Shown: in pieces, positions 31,711-42,200 of the stretch | Layout of the letters: every line of letters starts with the position of its first letter | How positions within the stretch are numbered: the first letter of the stretch is position 1 | Assembly (NCBI GenBank): GCA_963716175.1 | Contig: OY970296.1 | Coordinates: 3,456,001-3,520,000, forward strand | Source of the DNA: an uncultured Armatimonadetes bacterium | GTDB lineage: Bacteria; Armatimonadota; Hebobacteria; Hebobacterales; Hebobacteraceae | Reading direction: 5' to 3' | Length of the DNA stretch: 64,000 nucleotides | Made by a program: the position numbers and the translations under genes | Notes under the pieces: generated by a model | Told to the model about the DNA's origin: nothing | The model's input: only the letters and a program-made list of their open reading frames with translations | The model's database searches: none

Positions 31711-32804
31711 GCGATCCTGTCAGGTCAGTTGACGTCGGTCGTGTCCGCATCGGCGGCGGCGCGCCCATCACGGTACAGGCGATGACCGACACCGATACCC
31801 GGGATGTCGCCGCCACCGTGGCCCAGATCCGCGCGCTGGAGGAGGCCGGATGCGACCTGGTGCGTGTGGCGGTGCCGGATATGGAGGCGGCGCAGGCGCT
31901 GGGGCGCATCAAGTCACAGACCAATCTCCCCCTGATCGCTGATATCCACTTCGACCACCGGCTCGCCCTGGAGGCGATCGCTCAGGGGGTGGACAAGGTG
32001 CGCATCAACCCGGGCAACCTGCGCCGGCGCGAGCAGGTGGAGGCAGTGGTCTCCGCGGCTGCGGAAAAGGGGATCCCGATTCGCGTCGGCGTGAATGCTG
32101 GATCCGTCCCCGAGGCGATCCGCGCCCGTCACGAGGGTGAGGGGGATGTGCAGGAGCAGCTCGCGGCGGCCATGGTCGAGGCCGCCCTCGACCACGTCGA
32201 ACTGCTGGAGCACCTCGACTACCGCGATATTGTGGTGTCCCTCAAGGCCTTCGACTTGCGCACTACCTGGCTGGCCAACCGGCGTTTCCGCCAGCAGCGC
32301 GACTATCCGCTTCACCTCGGAGTGACCGAGGCCGGCTTGCCGCCCTCGGGGATCGCTCGCTCCGCCATCGGGATCGGAGTGCTGCTGAAGGAAGGCATCG
32401 GCGAGACCATCCGCGTCTCACTCACCGGCGATCCCGTGCTGCAGGTGCGGGTGGGGCGCGAGATCCTGGCTTCCCTGGAGCTGAACACCGTTGGCATCAC
32501 TCTCATCACCTGCCCCACTTGCGGCCGCTGCGAGCTCGACCTGGCGGGACTGGCGCGGGCGGCCGAGGAGCGGCTGCGCCCGATTGACCGGGGGCTGCGC
32601 CAGGCCGGGCGCTCCCTGCGGGTGGCGGTGATGGGCTGTGTGGTGAACGGACCCGGAGAGGCGCGGGAGGCTGACGTGGGGATCGCTGGAGGAAGCGCCA
32701 GAGGTGTGGTATTCGTGCAGGGAAAGCCGGTCGCGACCGTGCCAGAGGGCAAGCTGGTGGAGGCGCTCATCCGCGCCGTGCACGAGCAGTTGGGTCCCGT
32801 CTAG
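31707..32804 (+). CDS. ispG: (E)-4-hydroxy-3-methylbut-2-enyl-diphosphate synthase
   Basis: ADIHF, RINPGN, LHLGVTEAG, CPTCGR, MGCVVNGPGE. Confidence 0.95.
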   Translation: MSDPVRSVDVGRVRIGGGAPITVQAMTDTDTRDVAATVAQIRALEEAGCDLVRVAVPDMEAAQALGRIKSQTNLPLIADIHFDHRLALEAIAQGVDKVRINPGNLRRREQVEAVVSAAAEKGIPIRVGVNAGSVPEAIRARHEGEGDVQEQLAAAMVEAALDHVELLEHLDYRDIVVSLKAFDLRTTWLANRRFRQQRDYPLHLGVTEAGLPPSGIARSAIGIGVLLKEGIGETIRVSLTGDPVLQVRVGREILASLELNTVGITLITCPTCGRCELDLAGLARAAEERLRPIDRGLRQAGRSLRVAVMGCVVNGPGEAREADVGIAGGSARGVVFVQGKPVATVPEGKLVEALIRAVHEQLGPV

Positions 32805-32900
32805 CGGCGGGCATGGGTCCCTAGGTCTGAAGGCCGGGATGGCGGTCGCCCACTGGCGACCTAGCCACATGCCCGCCCTACAGCGGACAGGGAGAACGAG

Positions 32901-33272
32901 ATGCCACGGCCTAAGCAGAGGATGACGGCGGTCGAGAGGCTTATCGTGCTCGCCATCATTGGCATCTTGCTTTCCATCGTCATGCCCAATCTTCAGCGCG
33001 CCAAGCGGCAACATCTTCGGGCTCGCCCGTCCGGCGCCAGGGTCACACAGCACGGCGATGAGTCGGCGGGCCAGCTCAACACCATCGAGGTGACGGAAGT
33101 GTCTCGCAGCCAGAAGCAGGGAGGCCCCGCGGCCAGCGGCCGCGCCATCCGCTCCCTGGCGCGAGTGGCCCTGATTGCCATCGCTGTGATCGCCCTTGTC
33201 AACGCCTACCGGCGTCGTTTCTTGCGGCCAGGTCCTTCGGACCGCCGCCCCGGCCCGCAGCCGCGGGCCTAG
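32901..33272 (+). CDS. hypothetical protein with degenerate type IV pilin-like N-terminus
   Basis: MTAVERLIVLAIIGILLSIVMPNL resembles the FTLIELLIV.AII.IL..I..P motif. Confidence 0.55.
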   Translation: MPRPKQRMTAVERLIVLAIIGILLSIVMPNLQRAKRQHLRARPSGARVTQHGDESAGQLNTIEVTEVSRSQKQGGPAASGRAIRSLARVALIAIAVIALVNAYRRRFLRPGPSDRRPGPQPRA

Positions 33273-33279
33273 GGGCAGC

Positions 33280-34026
33280 GTGCTCAGCAATAGCTTCCTG
33301 CACATCCCGGGGGTGGGGACCAAGACCGAGCAGCGCATCTGGGCTCGCGGCCTCACTACCTGGCAGGCCTTCCTTACGAATCCACCTCAGGCCGGGCTGT
33401 CAGCGCGAGCGACCCAGCGCATCGCGGAAGCGGTGACGCTCTCGCTGGATTGCCTCCGGCAGGAAGACCATCGCTTCTTCGCGGCCAGGCTGGCGCGGCG
33501 CGAGCACTGGCGCGCCTACCCGGAATTCTCACATCGCGTCGCCTATCTCGATATCGAGACCACTGATCTCTACGGGGATAACGTCACTCTCGTCGGGCTC
33601 TATGACGGCCGGGATGTGCGCGTCTACCAGCAGGGGGAGGACCTGGAGCAGTTCCCGGAGGACATCGGCCGCTTCGGCCTGATCGTCACCTTCTTCGGCA
33701 CCTGCTTCGACCTGCCCTACCTGCGTCGTCGTTTCCCAGAGATCGCCTTCGATCAGCTCCATATTGACCTCTGCCACGTGTTTCGCCGACTGGGCTTGAC
33801 CGGAGGCCTGAAGCGCATCGAGCAGGCCCTGGGCATCGCGCGCAGCCCGGAGACTGAAGGTTTGGATGGGTGGGACGCAGTCCGCCTGTGGCGAGAATGG
33901 GAGCGCGGCAGCCAGGAAGCGCTGGACCTGCTGAAGGCCTACAACAAAGAGGACGTGGTGAATATGGAGGTGCTGATGCGGTACGCCTACCCGCGGCTGC
34001 GGGAGAGGAGCGGGTTCCCGGGGTAG
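33280..34026 (+). CDS. YprB/RNase_H_2 family exonuclease-like protein
   Basis: FLHIPGVG, YLDIETT, FDLPYL, GGLKRIE, YNKEDV. Confidence 0.85.
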   Translation: MLSNSFLHIPGVGTKTEQRIWARGLTTWQAFLTNPPQAGLSARATQRIAEAVTLSLDCLRQEDHRFFAARLARREHWRAYPEFSHRVAYLDIETTDLYGDNVTLVGLYDGRDVRVYQQGEDLEQFPEDIGRFGLIVTFFGTCFDLPYLRRRFPEIAFDQLHIDLCHVFRRLGLTGGLKRIEQALGIARSPETEGLDGWDAVRLWREWERGSQEALDLLKAYNKEDVVNMEVLMRYAYPRLRERSGFPG

Positions 34027-34435
34027 GCGCGAGGCACAGACCGGGGGACGGGCGAGCGCTCGCTCCAGGGGATTCCTTCACGAGCGCTGAAGCTCTGTGA
34101 TACCGTGGTGTTCCGCACTCAGTTTGTAGGGCGGCCATGCCGACCGCTTCGCAGAAGCAGAAGGCATCGCCGCCATGTGGTCGGGGTGGACGCCCAGCAT
34201 TGGCGTCCCGGAAGCTATTCGGCGGCTATGCGCCCTTCCCCGCCCGGGGCGGACAAGCGCTCACGCTGTAGGGCGCATGGCCGCCCTACAGGAACGGCAG
34301 GGAAGCGCGTGTCCACCGAAACGAGAGCCGCGGGCGATGGGGGCGGGCAGGAGGCGAGCTCCTGCCCAACGGATAGCGACAAGGGACGCCCTGCTTGGGC
34401 GTCCCTGCTCGCGATATCAGTAAGATCAGGCCGGG

Positions 34436-35635
34436 CTAGTCGTTCTCGCCTTTCTTCCCATGCCCCTTGCCTCGGCCTCGGCCGGGAGGCGGGCCCTGCT
34501 GCTTGTCGCGGCCCTTGACCTTGCCGGGGGGCCCCTTCTCGTCCGGCGCGCCCAGGATCCTCAGCAGATCTTTGTCGTGCTTCTTCGCCTGCCCGGGTGG
34601 GAAAGGCTTGGGCTTGGCCGGGACGATGACCACAGGCGGAGCCTGCTTCTTGGCCAACCCCGGGGGCAAAAGCGGATTGCCGTGCTTGATCCAGCCTTCC
34701 TTCCGGCCCCGGTCCCATCCAGGTGGACGATAATGCGGGTCCTCGCCCAGGCCTACGAAGAGCGGGGCGCGCTGGAAGTAACCATAGTGGTCAGGGTACC
34801 GTTCGGCTTCCTTGGCACGCAGAACCATGGCGTCAACGAGCGCGGTGCACCCCACGCCCTTCACCCGGTGGATGGCGAGCGGGTTGATAGAGTCGCTCGG
34901 CACCAGGGCCCGCAGGCGGACCCGGCCGCTGTCGAAGAGCTGATCGTACTGCCAGACCGCCTTGACCTTGGCCACGCTGGCCTGAGGGCCGGCCACCTGC
35001 ATCATCCCGATATAGGCTTTGCTGCCCACATCCAGATAGGGCACCACCTTGGTGGCGCCGTCCGGCAGGCTGCCCTGATTGCGGAACACGGTGTTGATGA
35101 AGCCGTTGATCTGGCCGCCGAACTGGGTCGTCGCCACTGCGATCGCCCCGGCCTTCAGCACATCCCCGGCGTTACAACCGACCGACGGGGATAGCAGATA
35201 AGAGTTACGGCTGAGGGCGATATCGAGCAGGCCGGTGATGCCGACCCCCCGCACCCGCTTGGCCTTGAGCGGATTGCTGGAGTTGATCGGCATCAGGAGC
35301 TTGATGCGATATTGCCGATTGTCGAAATCCTTCTCGAATTGGAGCACGGCCTTGGTCTGGCTGACCAGCTTCTGCGATCCGGCGACCTGAGCCGCGCCGA
35401 CATAGCCCTTCTCTCCCAGGCTCAGCACCGGCACGACTCTGGTGCTGACTCCCGGCGCGTTGGCTGAACCGACCAGGCGGTTGATCCCGTCGTTGGCCGG
35501 CTTCGCCACCGCGTTGACCACCGCCCCCACGGCTACCGTCTTCACCAGCATTTCACCGACGTTGGCCGCCTGCGCAACCCCCGCGGCCAGCAGCACGGCC
35601 ACCACTGCCCACCAGATGAGTGATCTACGAGTCAC
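34436..35635 (-). CDS. secreted protein with a tandemly duplicated domain and PPGxAKK-rich C-terminus
   Basis: signal peptide; two repeats of T(R/K)VVP.L..G.K.Y.G..QVAG....V...KAV.Q....FD....R...L.P. Confidence 0.7.
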   Translation of the reverse strand: MTRRSLIWWAVVAVLLAAGVAQAANVGEMLVKTVAVGAVVNAVAKPANDGINRLVGSANAPGVSTRVVPVLSLGEKGYVGAAQVAGSQKLVSQTKAVLQFEKDFDNRQYRIKLLMPINSSNPLKAKRVRGVGITGLLDIALSRNSYLLSPSVGCNAGDVLKAGAIAVATTQFGGQINGFINTVFRNQGSLPDGATKVVPYLDVGSKAYIGMMQVAGPQASVAKVKAVWQYDQLFDSGRVRLRALVPSDSINPLAIHRVKGVGCTALVDAMVLRAKEAERYPDHYGYFQRAPLFVGLGEDPHYRPPGWDRGRKEGWIKHGNPLLPPGLAKKQAPPVVIVPAKPKPFPPGQAKKHDKDLLRILGAPDEKGPPGKVKGRDKQQGPPPGRGRGKGHGKKGEND

Positions 35636-35892
35636 TGTGCGTCCCTCCCTGTCCAGCCTCGCCCGTCCGCCTGAGGCAGGCGAACCAGGCCTGGACGCCC
35701 CCCACCGCCTCGGCGCAGCCTAGGGGAATATACCACATATCCGGAGGGCGGCGGGTTCGGTGCATTCCAAGGGAGAGAGACCCTGCCCCTTCGATGGCCA
35801 GGCCCGCCTGCGGCGGGCCGCCGTGGTCCCTAGGCCCAGAGCCGGGATGGCGGCCTGCGAACCAGGCGTGGCCACGGTCGGCCTTGGGCGAC

Positions 35893-36019
35893 CTACAGAT
35901 TCTCTTGCGTTACGGTTACAGCCGTAACGCAAGAGAATCGCCTGTGCAGGCGTCAGACTCTCCGCTGAAGCGTTTCTTGCATTATGGTTGGCGTCACCAT
36001 AATGCAAGAGACCCTATAG
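35893..36019. mobile_element. MITE family C (127 bp)
   Basis: TIRs CTACAGATTCTCTTGCGTTA / TAATGCAAGAGACCCTATAG, each folded into its own hairpin. Confidence 0.6.
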
Positions 36020-36106
36020 CTATTCCCATCTCTCCTGGACTCCTGATGACACGCGGGCGCCGCCGTAGTATCATCTATGGGAAACGTCACGTGGGGGGAT
36101 GAGGTT

Positions 36107-37621
36107 ATGTCGAAGGACATCGTACCTACGATCACGGAGCTGAATCTCTACGTTGATGACGGGGCGCTGGAGTTACTGTCCCGGCGGGACGCCGCGCGCC
36201 TGCAGGTGCTGCCCCTGCACGTCACCGGGAATGTGCTGACGGTAGCGATGGTCAACCCTGGCGATCTGCTCAAGCTCGACGAGCTGCGCCGCCTTACTGG
36301 CAGGGAGATCAGGCCCGCCCGCGCCGACCTGCAGGTGATAGACCGGGGTGTTCAGCGCTTCTACGGGGAGCGGGACGACCTGGAGACAGGCAGCGGGCTG
36401 ATGGAGCCGGGGCTGGTGGTGCAGGCCGATGCCCGCAGCGGCGTGGCCTTCCGGGCGGGCGAGGATGCTCCCGCGGTGGCGCTGGTGAACGAGTTGCTGG
36501 AGACCGCGATTCTCTCTCGCGCCAGTGACGTGCACATCGAGGCCGGTGCCACCAAGCTCCAGGTCAGGCTGCGCGTGGATGGGGTGCTGTTCGATCACCA
36601 GAGTTACCCCATGGACCTGCACGCGCCCGTGCTCTCTCGCGTCAAGATCATGGCCGGCATGGACATCGGCGACCACCGCCTTCCGCAGGACGGGCGCTTC
36701 GATGCCCGCTTGCGGGGCAAGGTCTTCGATGTCCGCGCCTCTGTGGTCCCTTCCATTTTTGGCGAAGCTGCAGTCTTGCGCTTGCTCCCGAAGACGGCGA
36801 CTGGCCTCAAGCTGATCGAGCTGGGCTTCTCTCCCGGTCATCTGGCGGTGATGGAGGAGATCGTCCACCGCCCTCACGGCATGATCTTCGCTACTGGCCC
36901 CACCGGCTCCGGGAAGACCACCACCCTTTACGCCATCCTCAGCCGGCTGGACCGCGTGGGCCGCAATGTGGTCACGGTCGAGGACCCGGTGGAGTATCAG
37001 CTAACCCGCGCCACCCAGATTCAGGTTCATCCCAAGATCGGCCTCGACTTCGCCGCCGGGCTGCGATCTCTGCTGCGCCAGGACCCGGATGTGATCATGG
37101 TGGGCGAGATTCGCGACCCGGAGACTCTGCGGATGGCGATTCAGTCCGCCCTCACCGGTCATCTGGTGCTGACCACTGTCCACTGCAACGACGCCGCCAG
37201 CGGCGCCGCCCGCTTGATTGACATGGGGGCCGAGCCTTTCCTGGTCGCCTCCTCGGCCACCGCCTTTCTCTCCCAGCGCCTGGTGCGCAAGATCTGCGAG
37301 GAGTGTCGCGTGCACGACTATGAGCCGCCCCAGGAGATGCTCGATCTGCTCCAGATCGAGCGAGGCACCTTCCACCGGGGGCGGGGCTGCGACCACTGCC
37401 GGGGGACCGGCTACTACGGCCGCACCAGCGTGTTTGAGATCATGATGGTGAACGAGGTGATTGCCTCCGCCATCACCCGGCGCGAATCAGCCGGTGAGAT
37501 CCGCCGCCTCGCCCGCAGCCTGGGCGTGGCGAGCCTGCGCGACGATGCCATCCAGAAGGCGCGAGAAGGCATTACCGCGCTGGAAGAAGTGGTGCGGGCA
37601 GTCTGGGTGCAGGAGGACTAG
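36107..37621 (+). CDS. GspE/PilB family type II secretion/type IV pilus ATPase
   Basis: ASDVHIE, RLPQDG, TGPTGSGKTTT, EDPVEY, RQDPDVIMVGEIRD, tetracysteine motif. Confidence 0.93.
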   Translation: MSKDIVPTITELNLYVDDGALELLSRRDAARLQVLPLHVTGNVLTVAMVNPGDLLKLDELRRLTGREIRPARADLQVIDRGVQRFYGERDDLETGSGLMEPGLVVQADARSGVAFRAGEDAPAVALVNELLETAILSRASDVHIEAGATKLQVRLRVDGVLFDHQSYPMDLHAPVLSRVKIMAGMDIGDHRLPQDGRFDARLRGKVFDVRASVVPSIFGEAAVLRLLPKTATGLKLIELGFSPGHLAVMEEIVHRPHGMIFATGPTGSGKTTTLYAILSRLDRVGRNVVTVEDPVEYQLTRATQIQVHPKIGLDFAAGLRSLLRQDPDVIMVGEIRDPETLRMAIQSALTGHLVLTTVHCNDAASGAARLIDMGAEPFLVASSATAFLSQRLVRKICEECRVHDYEPPQEMLDLLQIERGTFHRGRGCDHCRGTGYYGRTSVFEIMMVNEVIASAITRRESAGEIRRLARSLGVASLRDDAIQKAREGITALEEVVRAVWVQED

Positions 37622-38841
37622 CCGGTCGTCGGACGGCCCAGGCGGTGAGCGACTTCGTCTGACATCGGCTCCACTCTGGTGCCGGCATAGTAGTGCGCGA
37701 GGATCTCGGCCGCGGTGCGGCCCGCCTTCGCCATGGCGTTCGCTCCCCACTGGCAGAGGCCGACGCCGTGCCCGCTCCCCCGCCCGGCGAAGACAATGGA
37801 ATCGCCGTTGGGCGCGGCGGTGAAGTCGGCGCTGGGCAGGGTGTTCCAGCCGAGAGCTGAGTTGGCGGCGGCTCGCAGCGCGCCCGCGAGGAGGGTGACT
37901 TCCCCCTGTGGGCCCGAGATGCGGAACTCCTTGGGCCGCCCGTTCTCATCGCGCGGCCCGGCCTCAATGGCCGAGATGGGAGCGCGCACCCCGAACTGCG
38001 CCAGGGCCGAGGCGAGTGAGAGCTGTGGGATCTGGCGCGTCCAGACCGCCCGTGGTGAGTGAGCGCACAGCGCGGCGCCGCCCTCCACATCCGGGACCGG
38101 TCGGAGGTAGGGCAGTGGCTGGCTTCCCGACCAGGCCGTCTCGTTCCCGGCAGTGCGGCCGCCGCAGCAGTCGTGATAGACGGCATGGATGGGCTTGCCC
38201 TGGTAGGTGATGATGAGGCCGGCGGTGTCTCGCACCGCGGCATCGGTTCGCGCGTCTTCTCGTGACACACCGGTGTAGACCTGGCAGTGAGGCGCGTCAC
38301 AGAGGTCGTACCCTTCGGCGCGGTGCCGGCCGACAGCGGATAGAGCATAGGTTCTTGCCGCCATCGCCTGCGCCCTCAGGGCCTCCGGGGCGAAGCTCGC
38401 CGGAATCTCTGAGGCCAGTACCCCCCTCAGGTAATCCTCCAACCCCACCCGGTTGATCAGCATCAGCCGGTCTGATCGCGCCGAGATGGCGATGCTGCCC
38501 CGGTAGGCGCGTGCGTTGCGCCCGTCCAGGGCGACCTGGATCGGTGCCGGCGCGGAGATCACATAAGCGGCTGAGCGGCCGCCCCCGCGCGGCTGCGCGC
38601 AGGAGATCACCACCACGCCAGCTTCAGTCTCTGCCTCGAGCTTGGCGGCGGCCGGGAAGCTGGCCAGGCGATCGCCCCGCTCGTCGTGGAGGGTCAGCGG
38701 CCCCTGGCTGGTGATGGTACAGGCGATGACTCGCTGGCCGGAGAAGAGACCCACGGCGACCGTGGGCGTGAGATCAGAGCCAGCCAGCGGCGACGAGAGT
38801 GTGATGAGCGCGAAGCCGGATAGGAAGAGCACGTAGCGCAT
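37618..38841 (-). CDS. SpoIID/LytB domain protein
   Basis: LEDYLRGVLASE, AQAMAARTYA, CQVY, GHGVGLCQWGA. Confidence 0.9.
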   Translation of the reverse strand: MRYVLFLSGFALITLSSPLAGSDLTPTVAVGLFSGQRVIACTITSQGPLTLHDERGDRLASFPAAAKLEAETEAGVVVISCAQPRGGGRSAAYVISAPAPIQVALDGRNARAYRGSIAISARSDRLMLINRVGLEDYLRGVLASEIPASFAPEALRAQAMAARTYALSAVGRHRAEGYDLCDAPHCQVYTGVSREDARTDAAVRDTAGLIITYQGKPIHAVYHDCCGGRTAGNETAWSGSQPLPYLRPVPDVEGGAALCAHSPRAVWTRQIPQLSLASALAQFGVRAPISAIEAGPRDENGRPKEFRISGPQGEVTLLAGALRAAANSALGWNTLPSADFTAAPNGDSIVFAGRGSGHGVGLCQWGANAMAKAGRTAAEILAHYYAGTRVEPMSDEVAHRLGRPTTG

Positions 38842-38921
38842 GGCGGTACCCAGGAGTGTGACTGACAGGCCATACCACAACCAGGCTCCATGCTACCATC
38901 GCCGGGGCGGGGAGCTCTCCC

Positions 38922-39527
38922 GTGCCTGGTGAGCACTACTTCAGTCGCCGCCCCGCCGCCCGCGGGGAGCGCCGGATCCTCACTGTCAGCCTTCGCGGGC
39001 GAGAGCTGCGGTTGGCCACTGAGGCCGGGGTGTTCTCCCGCTCCCGCGTGGATTGGGGCACGCGGTTGCTGATCGAGCACATGGAGATCGGAACGGCTGA
39101 CCGCGTGCTCGACCTGGGCTGTGGCTACGGCGTGGTCGGGCTGGTGGCGGCGGGCCTGGCAAGCGAAGGGCGAGTGACGCTGGTGGACATCAACGAGCGG
39201 GCGGCGGCGCTGGCACGGGAGAATCTGCGCGCCAACGGGATCGAGAACGCGGAGGCCTTCGCCGGCGACGGGTTCGCGCCGATTGCCAGCCGGATCTTCG
39301 ATGTCATTGCGTTCAACCCACCCATCCGGGCCGGGAACGCGGTGATCCATCAACTGATTGAGCAGGCCAAGGATCACCTCGCGCCGGCAGGCCGCTTCTA
39401 CCTGGTGGGCCGGACCCAACAAGGAGTGGTCCGGCTGGCGGCGAAGACGGCTCAGGTGTTCGGCCAGGTGCAAGAGGTGGCCAAGGGCGGCGGCTATCGC
39501 GTCTACCTGGCACATCGTCCCTCCTAG
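38922..39527 (+). CDS. class I SAM-dependent methyltransferase (RsmC/YbxB-like)
   Basis: HYFS, GVFS...DWGT, LDLGCGYG, NPPIRAG. Confidence 0.88.
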   Translation: MPGEHYFSRRPAARGERRILTVSLRGRELRLATEAGVFSRSRVDWGTRLLIEHMEIGTADRVLDLGCGYGVVGLVAAGLASEGRVTLVDINERAAALARENLRANGIENAEAFAGDGFAPIASRIFDVIAFNPPIRAGNAVIHQLIEQAKDHLAPAGRFYLVGRTQQGVVRLAAKTAQVFGQVQEVAKGGGYRVYLAHRPS

Positions 39528-39543
39528 TCCAGAAAGGATGGCT

Positions 39544-40605
39544 ATGCGCAAAGAATCGTTCGTCTTCCTCCAGGACCTGGTGAATGCCTCCAGCCCCTCG
39601 GGCTTTGAGCAGCCCGCCCAGGCCGTGGTCCGCGGTTATCTCTCGCAGTACGCGCACGAGGTGCGCACCGATGTCATGGGCAATGTCATCGCCTCGCTCA
39701 ATCCCGATGGGCACCCTCGGGTGATGCTGGCCGGCCACTGTGATGAGATCGGGTTCATGGTCACCTATATCACCCCGGAGGGCTTCCTGCACTTCTCGCC
39801 CATCGGCGGTGTGGACGCGCACCTGGTGCCCGGCCAGAAGGTCCACATCCACGGGGCCAAGGGCCCGGTGCTGGGAGTGGTGGGGAAGAAGGCGATTCAC
39901 CTGATGGAGGCGGAGGAGCGCAAGAAGGTGCTCCAGTTCCACCAGCAGTGGATAGACATCGGCGCCCCCAACCGCAAGGAGGCGGAGAAGCGAGTCGCCA
40001 TCGGGGACTGCGCCACCTTCGCCACCACTTTCGACCGGCTGAAGGGCGACATGGCGGTCGCCCGCGGCTTCGATGACAAGATGGGAAGCTTCGTCGTGGC
40101 CGAGGCGCTGCGGCTGGCCTCTCAGGTCAAGCTGAAGGCCGCGCTCTTCGCCGTGTCTACGGTGCAGGAGGAGGTCGGCTTGCGCGGGGCCACCACCAGC
40201 GCCTTCTCGGTCGCCCCTGACTGTGCGGTGGCGGTGGATGTCACGCACGGCACGGATTACCCCGACGCGGACAAGAAGCGCTACGGGGAGATCAAGCTCG
40301 GCAGCGGGCCAGTGCTCCACCGCGGGGCCAACATGAACCCGGAGGTGGTGAGCCGGCTGATGGCTGCGGCCAAGAAGGCCCGCATCGCTCACCAGATCGA
40401 AGGGGTGCCAGGGGGTAGCGGCACCGACGCCTGGGCGATTCAGCTCGCCCGAGGCGGGGTGGCCACCGGCCTGGTCAGTGTTCCTCTCCGCTACATGCAC
40501 ACGCCGATTGAGGTGCTCAACCTGCGCGACGTGGAGAGCGCGGCCCGTCTCCTGGCGACCTTCGCGGAGGGGCTCAAACCAGACGCCAATTTCGTCCCCG
40601 GGTAG
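39544..40605 (+). CDS. M42 family metallopeptidase
   Basis: SPSGFE, GHCDEIG, FDDK, VQEEVG, GTDA, RYMHTP. Confidence 0.92.
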   Translation: MRKESFVFLQDLVNASSPSGFEQPAQAVVRGYLSQYAHEVRTDVMGNVIASLNPDGHPRVMLAGHCDEIGFMVTYITPEGFLHFSPIGGVDAHLVPGQKVHIHGAKGPVLGVVGKKAIHLMEAEERKKVLQFHQQWIDIGAPNRKEAEKRVAIGDCATFATTFDRLKGDMAVARGFDDKMGSFVVAEALRLASQVKLKAALFAVSTVQEEVGLRGATTSAFSVAPDCAVAVDVTHGTDYPDADKKRYGEIKLGSGPVLHRGANMNPEVVSRLMAAAKKARIAHQIEGVPGGSGTDAWAIQLARGGVATGLVSVPLRYMHTPIEVLNLRDVESAARLLATFAEGLKPDANFVPG

Positions 40606-40697
40606 AGAGACCTACAGCAGCGGCGGGCAGGCGGTTCCGGGACTGGAGTTCCGAAACACCGCAATAGGAACGCCCGCCCCACAGCAAGGGAGGCGGG

Positions 40698-42146
40698 GTG
40701 ATGAGAGAGATCGTAGAGCAGGCGGTAGCTCGGGCCCAGGCAGCGGGGGCGAGCTATGCCGATGCTCGCGCCATCGCAAGCCGCCACCAGGCCATCCATA
40801 CCAAGAACGGGACCCCAGACGCGCTCACCGATGCCAGTGAAGTCGGCCTGGGGGTGCGGGTGATCGCGGAAGGCGCGTGGGGGTTTGCCAGCACGTCGTC
40901 ACTCACCCCCTCTGATATCGGCGTCACGGCCGAGCTGGCGGTTCGCATCGCTCGCGCCAGCGCCGCGCTTCGGGCGCAGCCGGTGGCGCTGGCGCCGCTC
41001 TCGCCGAGCCGAGAGGAATGGGCTTCGGAGTTCGAAGTGGATCCTTTCTCCGTGCCGCTGGAAAGGAGGCTCGCCCTCCTGCTGGAGGCCGACAGGGTGA
41101 TGCGGGAGGTGTCGGGGGTGCGCCTCGCCATTGGCCAGATGAACTTCATGCGGGAGGAGAAATGGTTCGCCAGCAGTGAAGGGGCGCAGACCCTCCAGAC
41201 GAGAGTTCAGTCCGGCGGCATGATACAGGCTGTTGCCGAGGGCAATGGCGAGGTGCAGCGCCGCTCCTACCCCAGCTCTTTGGACGGCGATAATGCCAAC
41301 CGGGGCTGGGAGTTCGTCGAAGGCCTGAACTTCCTTGCCCACGCCCGCCGGATAGGAGAGGAAGCAGTCGCCCTGCTGGCGGCCGACCCGTGCCCGGCCA
41401 AGGTCACGACGCTGATCATCGAGGGGAGCCAGCTCGCGCTCCAGGTGCACGAATCCTGCGGCCATCCCACCGAGCTGGATCGGGTGTTCGGGAGCGAGCG
41501 CAGCTATGCCGGCGCCTCCTTTCTCACGCCGGACAAGCTGGACCATTTCCAGTATGGGTCACCCCTGGTGAACCTCTACGCGGACGCCACGCTGCCGGGC
41601 GCGCTGGGCAGCTTCGGCTATGACGACGAGGGGGTGCCCGCCCAGCGGGTTGAGCTGGTGCGCGGCGGGCTGTTCACCGGGTATCTTTCGTCTCGCGAGA
41701 CCGCGGCCCGGCTCGGGAGGGGAGGCGGAGGGGCGATGCGGGCCAGCGGCTGGAACCGGGTGCCCATCATTCGCATGACCAACATCAACCTGGCGCCCGG
41801 CGATTCCAGCCTGGCGCGGATGATTGAGGAAACCGATGACGGCATCTACGCCGCCACCACCAAGAGCTGGAGCATTGACGACGTTCGCCTCAACTTCCAG
41901 TTCGCTTGTGAGATTGCCTGGGAGGTGAAGAAAGGCCAGCTTGGCCGCGTGCTGCGCAACACCACTTACCAGGGCGTCACCCCCGAATTCTGGGGGAGCT
42001 GTGACGCCATTGCCGGCCCCGATGAGTGGCGGCCCTGGGGGTTGCTCTCCTGCGGCAAAGGGGAGCCGGTGCAGATCATGTGGGTGGGCCACGGCGTGGC
42101 TCCCGCCCGTTTCCGCAAGGTGCGGGTGGGCATCGGAGGGGGGTAG
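40698..42146 (+). CDS. tldD: TldD family metalloprotease
   Basis: GAWGFAS, HESCGHPTELD, DDEGV, RMTN, CGKG. Confidence 0.9.
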   Translation: MMREIVEQAVARAQAAGASYADARAIASRHQAIHTKNGTPDALTDASEVGLGVRVIAEGAWGFASTSSLTPSDIGVTAELAVRIARASAALRAQPVALAPLSPSREEWASEFEVDPFSVPLERRLALLLEADRVMREVSGVRLAIGQMNFMREEKWFASSEGAQTLQTRVQSGGMIQAVAEGNGEVQRRSYPSSLDGDNANRGWEFVEGLNFLAHARRIGEEAVALLAADPCPAKVTTLIIEGSQLALQVHESCGHPTELDRVFGSERSYAGASFLTPDKLDHFQYGSPLVNLYADATLPGALGSFGYDDEGVPAQRVELVRGGLFTGYLSSRETAARLGRGGGGAMRASGWNRVPIIRMTNINLAPGDSSLARMIEETDDGIYAATTKSWSIDDVRLNFQFACEIAWEVKKGQLGRVLRNTTYQGVTPEFWGSCDAIAGPDEWRPWGLLSCGKGEPVQIMWVGHGVAPARFRKVRVGIGGG

Positions 42147-42200
42147 GGGCGCAGTTCACTGCGCCCTGGGAGGGCTGGGCGTGATGAATCACGCCCCTAC
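42143..42200. repeat. GTAG-type REP pair between convergent genes
   Basis: GTAGGGGCGCAGTTCACTGCGCCC...GGGCGTGATGAATCACGCCCCTAC; supplies both stop codons. Confidence 0.7.
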
